The position numbers and the translations under genes were made by a program. A DNA stretch of 64,000 nucleotides from a virus, in the IMG/VR virus record IMGVR_UViG_3300037311_000293; one strand, given 5' to 3'. Below the pieces are notes generated by a model. It was given only the letters and a program-made list of their open reading frames with translations. It searched no databases and had not been told where the DNA came from. How positions within the stretch are numbered: the stretch's first letter is position 1; the number at the start of each line of letters is the position of its first letter. Of this stretch, positions 18,438-27,117 are shown piece by piece.

Positions 18438-18599
18438 ATGGCCTCTATGCCCGATCCAAAGCAACCGAGAAGCGAAATACCCGATTCCATCACGGACTTC
18501 GAACGCTCTCTATCCGAGGCGCTGTACGCAAACCTCGACGAACAAGACGAACAGGAAGAGGACGATACCGAATGCTCTCCATCTTCGGATGGTCAATGA
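18438..18599 (+). CDS. Small acidic protein, 53 aa (missing from ORF track)
   Basis: MASMPDPKQPRSEIPDSITDFERSLSEALYANLDEQDEQEEDDTECSPSSDGQ. Starts directly after the motif. Confidence 0.55.
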   Translation: MASMPDPKQPRSEIPDSITDFERSLSEALYANLDEQDEQEEDDTECSPSSDGQ

Positions 18600-18676
18600 T
18601 CTCCGGGTTCATCCTCGGCGTGATCGACGCAATCAACACTAGCCGCGCATGGCGCTGGCTCAGAGGATGGCAATGA
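18572..18676 (+). CDS. Small hydrophobic peptide, 34 aa
   Basis: MLSIFGWSMISGFILGVIDAINTSRAWRWLRGWQ, with a purine-rich RBS. The stop overlaps the next ATG (ATGA). Confidence 0.45.
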   Translation: MLSIFGWSMISGFILGVIDAINTSRAWRWLRGWQ

Positions 18677-19038
18677 AAACCAAGGCACACGTGGATCTTC
18701 ATCCACACGACGAAGACGAGACATCCTTCGACGACATGACGCCGAACTGTCATGCGTGCGACACCGAGCCCGTGGGCGTCGTCACCGAGGTCTATCTCGT
18801 CGTCAAAGGGATGCTGTTCCCCAGCTCGGAATACGACGTCCCGGTGTTCATTCCGGATCCCGACGTGAGAATGACGGTGCTCACGATGCCGAATGGGCAA
18901 CTGGGGATCGTCACCGACCAAAGCATCACGAAGTACATGCACGCAGAGTGTTTGGATCAGCTCGTGAACGAAGCGGGTTCAACGTTCTGGGAAGACGCGG
19001 AAGAAGAGGAAGAGGAAGAGGAAGAGGACGACGAATGA
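18673..19038 (+). CDS. Hypothetical acidic protein with CxxC...HxxC
   Basis: NCHACD and HAEC motifs with a poly-E/D tail; ATGA-coupled at both ends. Confidence 0.7.
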   Translation: MKTKAHVDLHPHDEDETSFDDMTPNCHACDTEPVGVVTEVYLVVKGMLFPSSEYDVPVFIPDPDVRMTVLTMPNGQLGIVTDQSITKYMHAECLDQLVNEAGSTFWEDAEEEEEEEEEDDE

Positions 19039-20162
19039 GCTACGGGTATCTACAGGCGAAGATCCTAGTGGGCCGTGAACTGAAGGCGCAACACTCTCTG
19101 GCGGGCAAGACGGCGTCTGCGCTGAACGTGCCCCTCCTTCTGGGGCCGGTAGGGGGCGGTAAGACCGCCCTGGCTCGTGGGATGGCCGAAGAGCACGCAA
19201 TGTTCTACGCCCCCATCAACAGCGGGGAGAACAGCGACCCCACGGATGTCGCGGGCGTTCCCGTGCCCAGCATGATCCGCTCCCTTCTCCGTGACGGTAC
19301 GAGCTCCGAGAAGGCAGACGCCCGCGGCCAATACATGGAGTGGGTCCTCAATCGCTACGCCACCATGGCGTGTTCGGAGCCCGTGTTTCTGTTCTTCGAC
19401 GACCTCGACAAGGCGCCGCCGAAGGTCCAAGGCGCTCTCCTCGGGATCACGGGGAACAGGATGTTCCGCGATCGCCCGCTGCATCCCGGTACGCTGCTGA
19501 TGGGTGCTGGGAACCGTATCGATGATGACGCGTACGCCAACGAGATCAGCGAGTCGTTGCGTACGCGCATGACCATCATCGAGATGGTTCCTGATGTGCG
19601 TTCCTTCTCGCTGTATGGCACACAGACCGGTGAGATCAACCCGGCGTTCTTGGGCTACCTGCAATGGAAACCCGAACACCTCCACAAGTGGCAAGACGGC
19701 GTGAACCGCTTCCCCACACCGCGTGGGTGGTGGGAGGCGTCGAAGCAAACCGAGCTGTTCCCCGACCCGTTCGAGGATGTCTTCGGTAACGGCGTCGCCG
19801 AGAACTGGAAGGGGATCGTAGCCCGTAAACTCGGCGACCCCGTGGCCAATGACTTCTGGGCGTGGTTCGAGATCATCTCGAAGGTCGACGTCCAAGGAAT
19901 CTTGATCAACGGAACGCTCCCAGTACTCGCCGATCCAAAGAAAACGCGCATGACTCAGTTCGCCTGTGTGTATGCCGTGTCTCAGGTTCTCAACAAGGAC
20001 GGCGTATCGAAGAAGCACACGGGACTTGCTGTCCTTGTCGACAGCCTTGAGGCCGACATGCGCGTGGCCTTTCTGGTCCAGCTCTCCGGCAAGCTCAGGG
20101 CGGACATCGCGAAGCTCTTCCCACACGTCGCAAGCACAGTGATGAAGGATCTGGTTGGATGA
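19035..20162 (+). CDS. MoxR-family AAA+ ATPase
   Basis: Walker A GPVGGGKT, Walker B FLFFDDLDK, sensor GAGNR, arginine finger SLRTR, and FPTPRGW. Confidence 0.85.
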   Translation: MSYGYLQAKILVGRELKAQHSLAGKTASALNVPLLLGPVGGGKTALARGMAEEHAMFYAPINSGENSDPTDVAGVPVPSMIRSLLRDGTSSEKADARGQYMEWVLNRYATMACSEPVFLFFDDLDKAPPKVQGALLGITGNRMFRDRPLHPGTLLMGAGNRIDDDAYANEISESLRTRMTIIEMVPDVRSFSLYGTQTGEINPAFLGYLQWKPEHLHKWQDGVNRFPTPRGWWEASKQTELFPDPFEDVFGNGVAENWKGIVARKLGDPVANDFWAWFEIISKVDVQGILINGTLPVLADPKKTRMTQFACVYAVSQVLNKDGVSKKHTGLAVLVDSLEADMRVAFLVQLSGKLRADIAKLFPHVASTVMKDLVG

Positions 20163-21340
20163 TCGACGAAGCATCAGTTACCGACAGAGAAGCCTTGGAT
20201 CTGGTACGAGAAGCCCTCCGCGAGCTGATGCTTCGGTTCCCGCTGGCGGGTCTTTCCTACATGGGAGAGAACATCGTCGTACGCGAAGAGTCATCGATCA
20301 AGACGATGGACACCGATGGTCGCTTTGTCCGTTACTCACCTGAGTGGGTTCGCTCTTGTACAGACCGCGGGCGTGTGTTCGATCTTCTCCACGAGTGGCT
20401 TCACGTCTTCGGGAATCATCCGGCGCGCCTTGGCGGGCGCGATCCTTTCTTGTGGAACGTAGCGGTTGATATCGTGGTGGTACGTCAGGCATCCGAGATC
20501 CTGACCACCGCCACAGACAACTGGCCCCCACCAGATGACGGAATCATCCCGCCAGCATGGGCCAAGGACATGGACGCCGAGACGATTTACGACGTCTTGG
20601 CCAGCAACGCGAACAAGGTCCCGGCACCAAAGAGCGCAGAAGGCGTTCGTGGCGCCAATGACCTCAGACGAAGAGACCCCCAGGAGGCCGAGGCTTTTCG
20701 TGGGTCGTTTGCGAGTGAGCTCGCGCAAATCTGTGCTGTCCAGCAACAAGCCACAGGGCTCACACCAAAGGAGCTCTACGGCAGCGAGCTCTACAGCCGG
20801 CTGGATCAGATCCTGAAGGGCAATGTCCCGTGGTCGAAACTACTACGGGGCCAGCTCGTCAGCGAACTCGGTGCTGAGGAACACGGCTACGATCCGCCGA
20901 ATCGACGCTACTACCCCGATATCATCCTGCCGCAGGCCTTCGACACCACACAGCGTAAGTTGCTGATCGCTGTAGATGTTTCTGCCAGCGTCGGTCAGGA
21001 TCTACTGGACGAGTTCATCGGCAACGTCGTACCCGCGGCAGCTCGTGCAGCAGAAACCTGGGTAGTGACGTTCGACGCCGTGGTCCGCGAGACAGTAAAA
21101 ACCCGCCATCCACGCCGTGTCCTTCGTGAGGTCCGCTTTCTCGCAGGATCCCATAACCACACCAGTGTTCGAGAAGTGTTCGCCTTGGTCGATCAGATCA
21201 AACCTACGTCGACTGTCGTCCTGACAGATGGGCACGTGCTTCTTCCCGACGAGCCGTACCCCAAAACTCTATGGATCATCCCCAGGGGCGGAAAGAAGCA
21301 ACCCTGGGGACGCAACTACATCATGGAGGCTTCTTGGTGA
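20159..21340 (+). CDS. HExxH metallopeptidase-like plus vWA-domain protein (DUF2201-like), MoxR partner
   Basis: MDTDGRFVRYSP..LLHEWLHV at the N-terminus; MIDAS-like VDVSASV and VVLTDG at the C-terminus. Confidence 0.8.
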   Translation: MIDEASVTDREALDLVREALRELMLRFPLAGLSYMGENIVVREESSIKTMDTDGRFVRYSPEWVRSCTDRGRVFDLLHEWLHVFGNHPARLGGRDPFLWNVAVDIVVVRQASEILTTATDNWPPPDDGIIPPAWAKDMDAETIYDVLASNANKVPAPKSAEGVRGANDLRRRDPQEAEAFRGSFASELAQICAVQQQATGLTPKELYGSELYSRLDQILKGNVPWSKLLRGQLVSELGAEEHGYDPPNRRYYPDIILPQAFDTTQRKLLIAVDVSASVGQDLLDEFIGNVVPAAARAAETWVVTFDAVVRETVKTRHPRRVLREVRFLAGSHNHTSVREVFALVDQIKPTSTVVLTDGHVLLPDEPYPKTLWIIPRGGKKQPWGRNYIMEASW

Positions 21341-22644
21341 GTGATCTTCTACAAGCCGCGGCGCGTCAGATCCTGGACGAGCGCCTGAGTCACAGCCTCA
21401 ACGACCACGACAGACACTGCCTGTTGTTTCTCTACGGCTACGAAATCGTAGAGCGCCTCCGCGAGGTCAAGGGGTACGGGTCCTTGTCGGCATCGGCATA
21501 CGATCTCATCAGTCTCGGACTGCTCCCACACAAGGCCCGCGCGGCAGGCATCAACGTCCGGGTTCCGTACACGCCGGATTCAGGTTCCGCCGCTGAGCGC
21601 GCGAAGAACCACCCGCTGTTCTTGGCCGACGCGCTGTACAACGCCGGAGATGCCGAAGGCGTCGAAGACGTGTTGCTGTGGCGTGAAGAACTAAACAAGC
21701 AATGGGCTACGCCAGCAAGAAACAACTGGTGGCCGCCCCACGAGTACATGGCGTACGTACTGACCAACCGCCCAAGTACGCTGGTGCACCGATACACCTA
21801 CGAGCCCCATACATACCTGCACTGGTACACCACAAAGGACATCGTAGATCTGATCCAACGCACCAGCGCGGGCCCCTTTGGGCTACGCACTCTTCAGGCC
21901 GTGGTCAACAACAACCCCAGCCTCGAGCCAGAAGTTCACACCGCGCTTAGGAAGCGTTGCCGCGACGCCGCCTACTCCCTTCTGACCGCCGGGCGCCCGG
22001 ACTACAGCACTCTGATCGAGAGCTTACGTCTCGTGGACCCCGAAGACAGACCAGAGCTCCTGGAAGATGCAGGTCCACGGGTGGCGCTGTGGTTGACACT
22101 GGATTCCGCCACCACAGAGCAGTTCATCGCCGGACTCTCAGCGCTGGCCAAGAACAGCTCCCAGGACATCCGGCGGCAGGTGTTGTCCGAGCTCACGCGG
22201 GTACCTACCGTAGAAGAACTTCGTGCAGTGCGCTCCAACGGCCTGCTCAGGGTGATCTACGACATGCCATACACCTTCATCGAGCGCCTCGATGAGAAGG
22301 CCGTCGACCACGTACACGCGTTGAGCTTCAAAATCGGTGCCTCCGATTTCGAGCTCATGCGGGGTGCTCTGCTGCGACGTGCAGATCGCGTCGAAGTAGC
22401 AAGCCCACCGGTTCGCCCAGGAGGCAACGACATCAACATCTTTGGCGGACGTTGGGTCGGTGACTCCATGATCGCCTCGCGTAGACGCGCACCAGAGATG
22501 CGTCAGAAACTGATCGATACCTGCGGGTCGCGAGATATCGCATTCCTGGTACTGACCAAGAGAACACCAAACATCGACGCACTCCTCAAGACGCACCCAA
22601 CAGTGGATCGCATCGAAGGGGCAAGACTGCCTTTCGAGACCTAG
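21337..22644 (+). CDS. Hypothetical helical protein
   Basis: GTG 21337 overlaps the vWA stop (GTGA); about 435 aa. Confidence 0.7.
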   Translation: MSDLLQAAARQILDERLSHSLNDHDRHCLLFLYGYEIVERLREVKGYGSLSASAYDLISLGLLPHKARAAGINVRVPYTPDSGSAAERAKNHPLFLADALYNAGDAEGVEDVLLWREELNKQWATPARNNWWPPHEYMAYVLTNRPSTLVHRYTYEPHTYLHWYTTKDIVDLIQRTSAGPFGLRTLQAVVNNNPSLEPEVHTALRKRCRDAAYSLLTAGRPDYSTLIESLRLVDPEDRPELLEDAGPRVALWLTLDSATTEQFIAGLSALAKNSSQDIRRQVLSELTRVPTVEELRAVRSNGLLRVIYDMPYTFIERLDEKAVDHVHALSFKIGASDFELMRGALLRRADRVEVASPPVRPGGNDINIFGGRWVGDSMIASRRRAPEMRQKLIDTCGSRDIAFLVLTKRTPNIDALLKTHPTVDRIEGARLPFET

Positions 22645-22675
22645 AAGAAAGCCCCCGAAAGGGGGCTGCCTTCTT
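22645..22675. terminator. Intrinsic terminator between convergent operons
   Basis: AGCCCCC-GAAA-GGGGGCT flanked by AAGAA and CTTCTT; reads hairpin plus TTCTT on the minus strand. Confidence 0.75.
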
Positions 22676-24576
22676 CAGCTTTGCCCCGCCCGCCGGAGAG
22701 GTAGCTGCTCCGGCAGCGGTCGCATATCCACTGCACCTTGCTGGCCTTGTTGAGGCGGCGGCTGCGCTCCTGGCCCCGTTGCCTGTGGCATCTCGGGAGG
22801 CACCATCTGTTGCTGCACCATGCCGGCCATTTCGGGGCTGGCGTCACGGAGCTGAGCAAAAGCGATCTCTTGTTCGTCAGGCGGAAGAGTTTTGATCTTC
22901 TGCGCATACGCCGCGGCAAGGGCGTCGAGAGGCACGCCGGCAGGCTGAGACAGCGATTGTTGCGATTCTGCAAAGGGATCGTTCTTCGGCTGCTGCTCCC
23001 GTACCTGCGCCGTAGCAATCGCTGCCTGGGCCTTGGCCTGGTACTTCGCCGCAACGAGTTGGGCCTCACCCATGATCTGCGCGTTCTGCAACTGCTGCCC
23101 GCGAAGTGTCTCGGCCTTCAGCTTCGACTCCGCCGCCATGAGCTCAAGTTCGTCCTCGACCTTCAAGTCGGCGTAGCTCAGCAACGTGGCGTCAGAGATC
23201 TTGTTCATGCTGTTGAGCTGCGCCATGAACGCCTGGCGTTGTAGATCATCAGCCATCCGGAACGGCTTGAAGCGGCCCTCGGGTACCGGAAGGTTCAGGT
23301 AGGCGCCCAGACGCTTCATTACCCAGTCGAGCAGCCTGTGATGGGCGTGCACGTTGCTGAGGAAGAAGTTCTCAAGCATGCGCATCGAAACCGACGAGCC
23401 CGCGTAGGTGCCGCGACCGAACACGAGGTCCACGGGGAAGCCCATACCAGCGACCATGACCTCGAGGGCCTGTTGGATCTCCGGCATCAGCAGAAGGCTG
23501 CGGCCGTTCTCACCGATGGTTTGGTGGCCCAGCGGGAACGGAAGGATGCCGTAGTACGCGGGATCTGCGCGTTGACGCGCGAGCTCTCGGCGGATGTGGT
23601 CGCGCCAGTTCGACAGATCAACAGTCGTGAAGGGGTCGGCGCCGGCAGTGGCGGGCTGCGGGAACAGGAAGATCTGAGGCACCAAGTGAGTCAGAAGGAC
23701 TGCTTCTTGCGCCTTGCGCATGACCTGGACGTAGAACGCTTCCTTCAGCACAGGCATCAGAAGCGGGATGCCCCATCCGCGCGACATCGTAGACAGGCTC
23801 GGACGTCGAAGATGGAAGACCTCGGAACGATCGAAGACGAGACTGCGCTTCGTACGAACGGCCTCCAGGAAAATCTCGGGCGTCGTCGCTACGAGATCTT
23901 TGCGCCCCATCATGACTTGCGAACGGAAGTCCGGAGACAGGTCGAGGCCGTAATCCATACGGCCAGTGGCTTCGTTGTAGAAGATGTGGACGTTCTCCGG
24001 GTTCCATCGGATCAGATTGATCTCGGAGTACTTGGGGTAGTAGTCGTCTCGGCTTTCCGCCCAATGGGCCTGTCCGCACTTCGTGCATTCCAGCCAGAAA
24101 CGGTGATTCGTGTAGCGCCACGACGGGCGGCTCTGCAACGCGTCGTGGACCTCGCCGCAGTTCGAGCACTTCAGCTTCTTCCGGAACGGGAAGCTGACAG
24201 ACACGAAGGCGTTGCCGTACACGAAGTAGTCGAGATTGATCTCGAACTGTTGAACGCGATAGTTCAGCACCCCGTTCATCAGGGTGTCCCACTTCTTGAC
24301 GACCCCGTTGTCCTTGTGCTGGAGCACCAAGTCGGTGACCGGATACTCCGCAGCCCGAGTCACCACGCTGTTGATGATCCCATGCGTCAGGTAATAGAAC
24401 CGACAGAACCCGAACAGCGCCTTGATCGAGGGCGGCGTGTACGTGCTGGCCTGGTCGAAGAACGGATTGGAGAAGGGCTGGTACTTGCGCCCCAAGATCT
24501 GCCCGCGGTCGGCATTGCCGCCCAGCGCAGAACCCCGAGCTCCACCGAAGGCACTACCGCCTCCAAAGAACGTCAT
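22675..24576 (-). CDS. Portal protein with Zn-ribbon insertion
   Basis: YYLTHGIINSVVTRAAEYPVTDL, DYFVYGNAFVSV and RGWGIPLLMPVL are portal-like segments. CSNC..CTKC insert and Q/P-rich C-terminus. Confidence 0.75.
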   Translation of the reverse strand: MTFFGGGSAFGGARGSALGGNADRGQILGRKYQPFSNPFFDQASTYTPPSIKALFGFCRFYYLTHGIINSVVTRAAEYPVTDLVLQHKDNGVVKKWDTLMNGVLNYRVQQFEINLDYFVYGNAFVSVSFPFRKKLKCSNCGEVHDALQSRPSWRYTNHRFWLECTKCGQAHWAESRDDYYPKYSEINLIRWNPENVHIFYNEATGRMDYGLDLSPDFRSQVMMGRKDLVATTPEIFLEAVRTKRSLVFDRSEVFHLRRPSLSTMSRGWGIPLLMPVLKEAFYVQVMRKAQEAVLLTHLVPQIFLFPQPATAGADPFTTVDLSNWRDHIRRELARQRADPAYYGILPFPLGHQTIGENGRSLLLMPEIQQALEVMVAGMGFPVDLVFGRGTYAGSSVSMRMLENFFLSNVHAHHRLLDWVMKRLGAYLNLPVPEGRFKPFRMADDLQRQAFMAQLNSMNKISDATLLSYADLKVEDELELMAAESKLKAETLRGQQLQNAQIMGEAQLVAAKYQAKAQAAIATAQVREQQPKNDPFAESQQSLSQPAGVPLDALAAAYAQKIKTLPPDEQEIAFAQLRDASPEMAGMVQQQMVPPEMPQATGPGAQPPPQQGQQGAVDMRPLPEQLPLRRAGQS

Positions 24577-25475
24577 ACCGAACCTCCGGGAGCCTTCGGC
24601 TTCCGCCGAAGCGAGATGCCTGACGCGCTCTCCAGCGCACCACCGGCGAGTATCTGAGGGGCGAAGGGTAGACCAGCCGTGGCGACACCGCCTGCGATGT
24701 TTCCGCCGAGGCGACGCAGCTTCTGCCCCACCGTGCGACCGCCCTCGGCGCTTTCGTCGCCTCGAAGAACCTCCGGCGCCGCGAAGGCTACAGGCACACC
24801 CACTGCCATCATAGCGTTTGCGTTGCTGCCGCCGACGACCTCGTCCTTGAGCGCCTTCGCCGTGGCGCCTGGTTTCTTGATCAAGCCCTTGACCACACCA
24901 GGGATGCTGGTGATCCCCGCTGCATCCGCCGCATCACCGCGCTGCCCCCACTGTTGGAGCTCTTTCTTACTGTCGGCGAGTTCGCGCTTGAGACCCTCCG
25001 TCGACTTGCCCATCGACTTTGCGTGAGCTGCTTCGTCGGCAAAGCGCTTCTCCAGCAGATCGATGCGGCGACCGGCTTCTTCGCTGCTGCGCATGCCGAT
25101 GGCCCCGGGCTTCCCGGTATGAGAACCCGTGAACCCGTGGAGCTGGCGTTGCCCGAAGCGCTTGATTCCCTGTCCGGCACGCCTGAGCGTACCCACCACC
25201 GCGCCCCCAGCCGACGCCGTAGGGTCGAGTAGGCGGGTATCGCGGTATCCGCGGCCCACAGCAGCTACGCCGCCGGCAAGGGCGCCGCCTCGAAGGGCAC
25301 CGCGTACGCCGGCCGACCAGCCAGACTCGCCTTCTTGGCGCGTCGCCACACCATGTGCAGCACCAGCGGCGGCGCCGAGAACCGCGGTGCGGCCCACGCG
25401 ATCGGTGAGGTAACGCGCGAGGTGTGCTGGGCCGGCTTCTTTGACGATCTCAAGGAAGACGTCTGTAGGATTCAT
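24573..25475 (-). CDS. Putative internal virion protein with Gly zippers
   Basis: N-terminus MNPTDVFLEIVKEAG; hydrophobic Gly/Ala repeats such as GAAAGAAHG, GGALAGG and GNIAGGVATAG. Confidence 0.55.
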   Translation of the reverse strand: MNPTDVFLEIVKEAGPAHLARYLTDRVGRTAVLGAAAGAAHGVATRQEGESGWSAGVRGALRGGALAGGVAAVGRGYRDTRLLDPTASAGGAVVGTLRRAGQGIKRFGQRQLHGFTGSHTGKPGAIGMRSSEEAGRRIDLLEKRFADEAAHAKSMGKSTEGLKRELADSKKELQQWGQRGDAADAAGITSIPGVVKGLIKKPGATAKALKDEVVGGSNANAMMAVGVPVAFAAPEVLRGDESAEGGRTVGQKLRRLGGNIAGGVATAGLPFAPQILAGGALESASGISLRRKPKAPGGSV

Positions 25476-26410
25476 CGTTTACCGCCGATCATCCTGAGCT
25501 GCTGGAGTAGCTGGGACTGCACGGTGTCGGCGTAGTCCCATTCGACCAGCAACCGGTATACCGCACTCCCTACCCCGCTGTCAGGAAGACCTTCGACGGC
25601 CTTTTCGAGAGGCAGAGCTCGTCGCTTCTCGAACAACTCGAGGCATTGCGTCTTGAGCTCCTCGAACTCGTACGGTTCTTTGATCAACTCACGGCTGCTG
25701 CACGAAATGCAGCGTACATCGTTGTCGTCACGATGGATGGCACCGCAGTTCTTGCAGCGCAGCTTTCGTTCCTCGAGTTCACGCTGCGCGAAATCGAGAG
25801 GAGACGGCACCACGGGGATGCCCTCGTGCTTGAACGCCGCAGCGATGTACTTGTCGACTTCGATGCCTGTCGGCCGCTTCTTGTCGAGGGCCTTCATGAT
25901 CTGATACCCGACCACGAGATGACCGAGCTCGGGCTCTTCGAGGAAGACGAAGTTCGGGGTCTCTCCTGCCAGACCGCGACAGACCCAGTGGAAGACCTCC
26001 CACTGCCGCCATGGTGACGGGGACTCCAGTACCACGCGTCCGGCGCAGATCTTGTTCCACACCCGATTCGACACGGCGAGACCATCGCGCTCCATGGTGA
26101 GCTTGAGAGTCTCTACCTCCCACTCTGTGAACTCGGTGCCGTAGCGCTCAAGCAGGAGAAGGAGAAGAGCAATGGGATGTGCATCGGCATGACGCCAGAT
26201 GTCCTTGAGCGTCGGCGCTGAGGTGTGTAGATCTTTCCGCAGCGCCGACGTCTTCTCCCCGCCAAAGGCCTCTAGTACGTCATCGACGATACCGCCGAGA
26301 GTGGGAGGTGTGTATTCCGGGGGAGATTCTCCTCTCTCCTCCGGGAATGACGATCCGGCCCCACTAGGGGGCCAGACACGTACATGATTCGGATCGAAGA
26401 GGATGGACAT
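25472..26410 (-). CDS. Hypothetical head-associated protein with Zn ribbon
   Basis: Pro/acidic N-terminus ending in EKTSA; CKNC..CISC. Confidence 0.65.
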   Translation of the reverse strand: MSILFDPNHVRVWPPSGAGSSFPEERGESPPEYTPPTLGGIVDDVLEAFGGEKTSALRKDLHTSAPTLKDIWRHADAHPIALLLLLLERYGTEFTEWEVETLKLTMERDGLAVSNRVWNKICAGRVVLESPSPWRQWEVFHWVCRGLAGETPNFVFLEEPELGHLVVGYQIMKALDKKRPTGIEVDKYIAAAFKHEGIPVVPSPLDFAQRELEERKLRCKNCGAIHRDDNDVRCISCSSRELIKEPYEFEELKTQCLELFEKRRALPLEKAVEGLPDSGVGSAVYRLLVEWDYADTVQSQLLQQLRMIGGKR

Positions 26411-26413
26411 GGA

Positions 26414-27100
26414 TCAGCCGTTGGGATCGGCGATGTAGACGACGGCGAAGTCCCGGATTCCGTCCGGCGCGGCAGCCGACGTGTACTTGCGGCCAGAGAA
26501 CGTGCCGGTCGTGACGACCGCGCCCACGGCGACCTCGCGAAGAGGAGTCGCCACACCCGCGAGAGCACGAATCGGACGGAACAGCACCATGAGGGCGCCG
26601 AAGCCGATGTCGAAGGTCCCGAGAGCGCTGACCTGGGGCGGAATGACGACTTCCGTGATCTCGTCGAGACCGAGATTCTCGGTGGATTGAATCGTGTCGC
26701 CACCATCGGCGTCGGCCGGGGTGAACGTGAGGGTCACGTCCTCACCGTAGGCCTTGCCCTTGATGATGATGGGATCCGTCGTGTAGGCGCCGACCGACGC
26801 CGAACGCGTGACGGTGATGCTGCGCGCGCCCGTGGCGATCGCGGTCTGCAAGAAGTCCCCCGCCGACGCACGAAGGATCTGTTCCGACGTCGAACCGGCA
26901 CGACCGTCGAGGAAGTAGTCGACGTCCGCGACCGGCGGGTTGGTCCAGGTGTCGACGCGCACGAGCCCGTTGTTCTCGAGAGTCTCGAACGCTTCGTCGA
27001 CGTCGTTTCGGAGGTCTTCGACCTCACCCGCGGCGCCGCGCTTGCCCTGCACGAGATGGGGCCGACGCGGGCCCTTCGAACCGAAGTATTGACTCGACAT
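26414..27100 (-). CDS. Putative virion decoration/structural protein (beta-rich)
   Basis: GAGGAAG RBS; Thr/Val/Gly-rich beta composition; in the portal operon. Confidence 0.5.
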   Translation of the reverse strand: MSSQYFGSKGPRRPHLVQGKRGAAGEVEDLRNDVDEAFETLENNGLVRVDTWTNPPVADVDYFLDGRAGSTSEQILRASAGDFLQTAIATGARSITVTRSASVGAYTTDPIIIKGKAYGEDVTLTFTPADADGGDTIQSTENLGLDEITEVVIPPQVSALGTFDIGFGALMVLFRPIRALAGVATPLREVAVGAVVTTGTFSGRKYTSAAAPDGIRDFAVVYIADPNG

Positions 27101-27117
27101 GTTCTCTTCCTCCTAGA

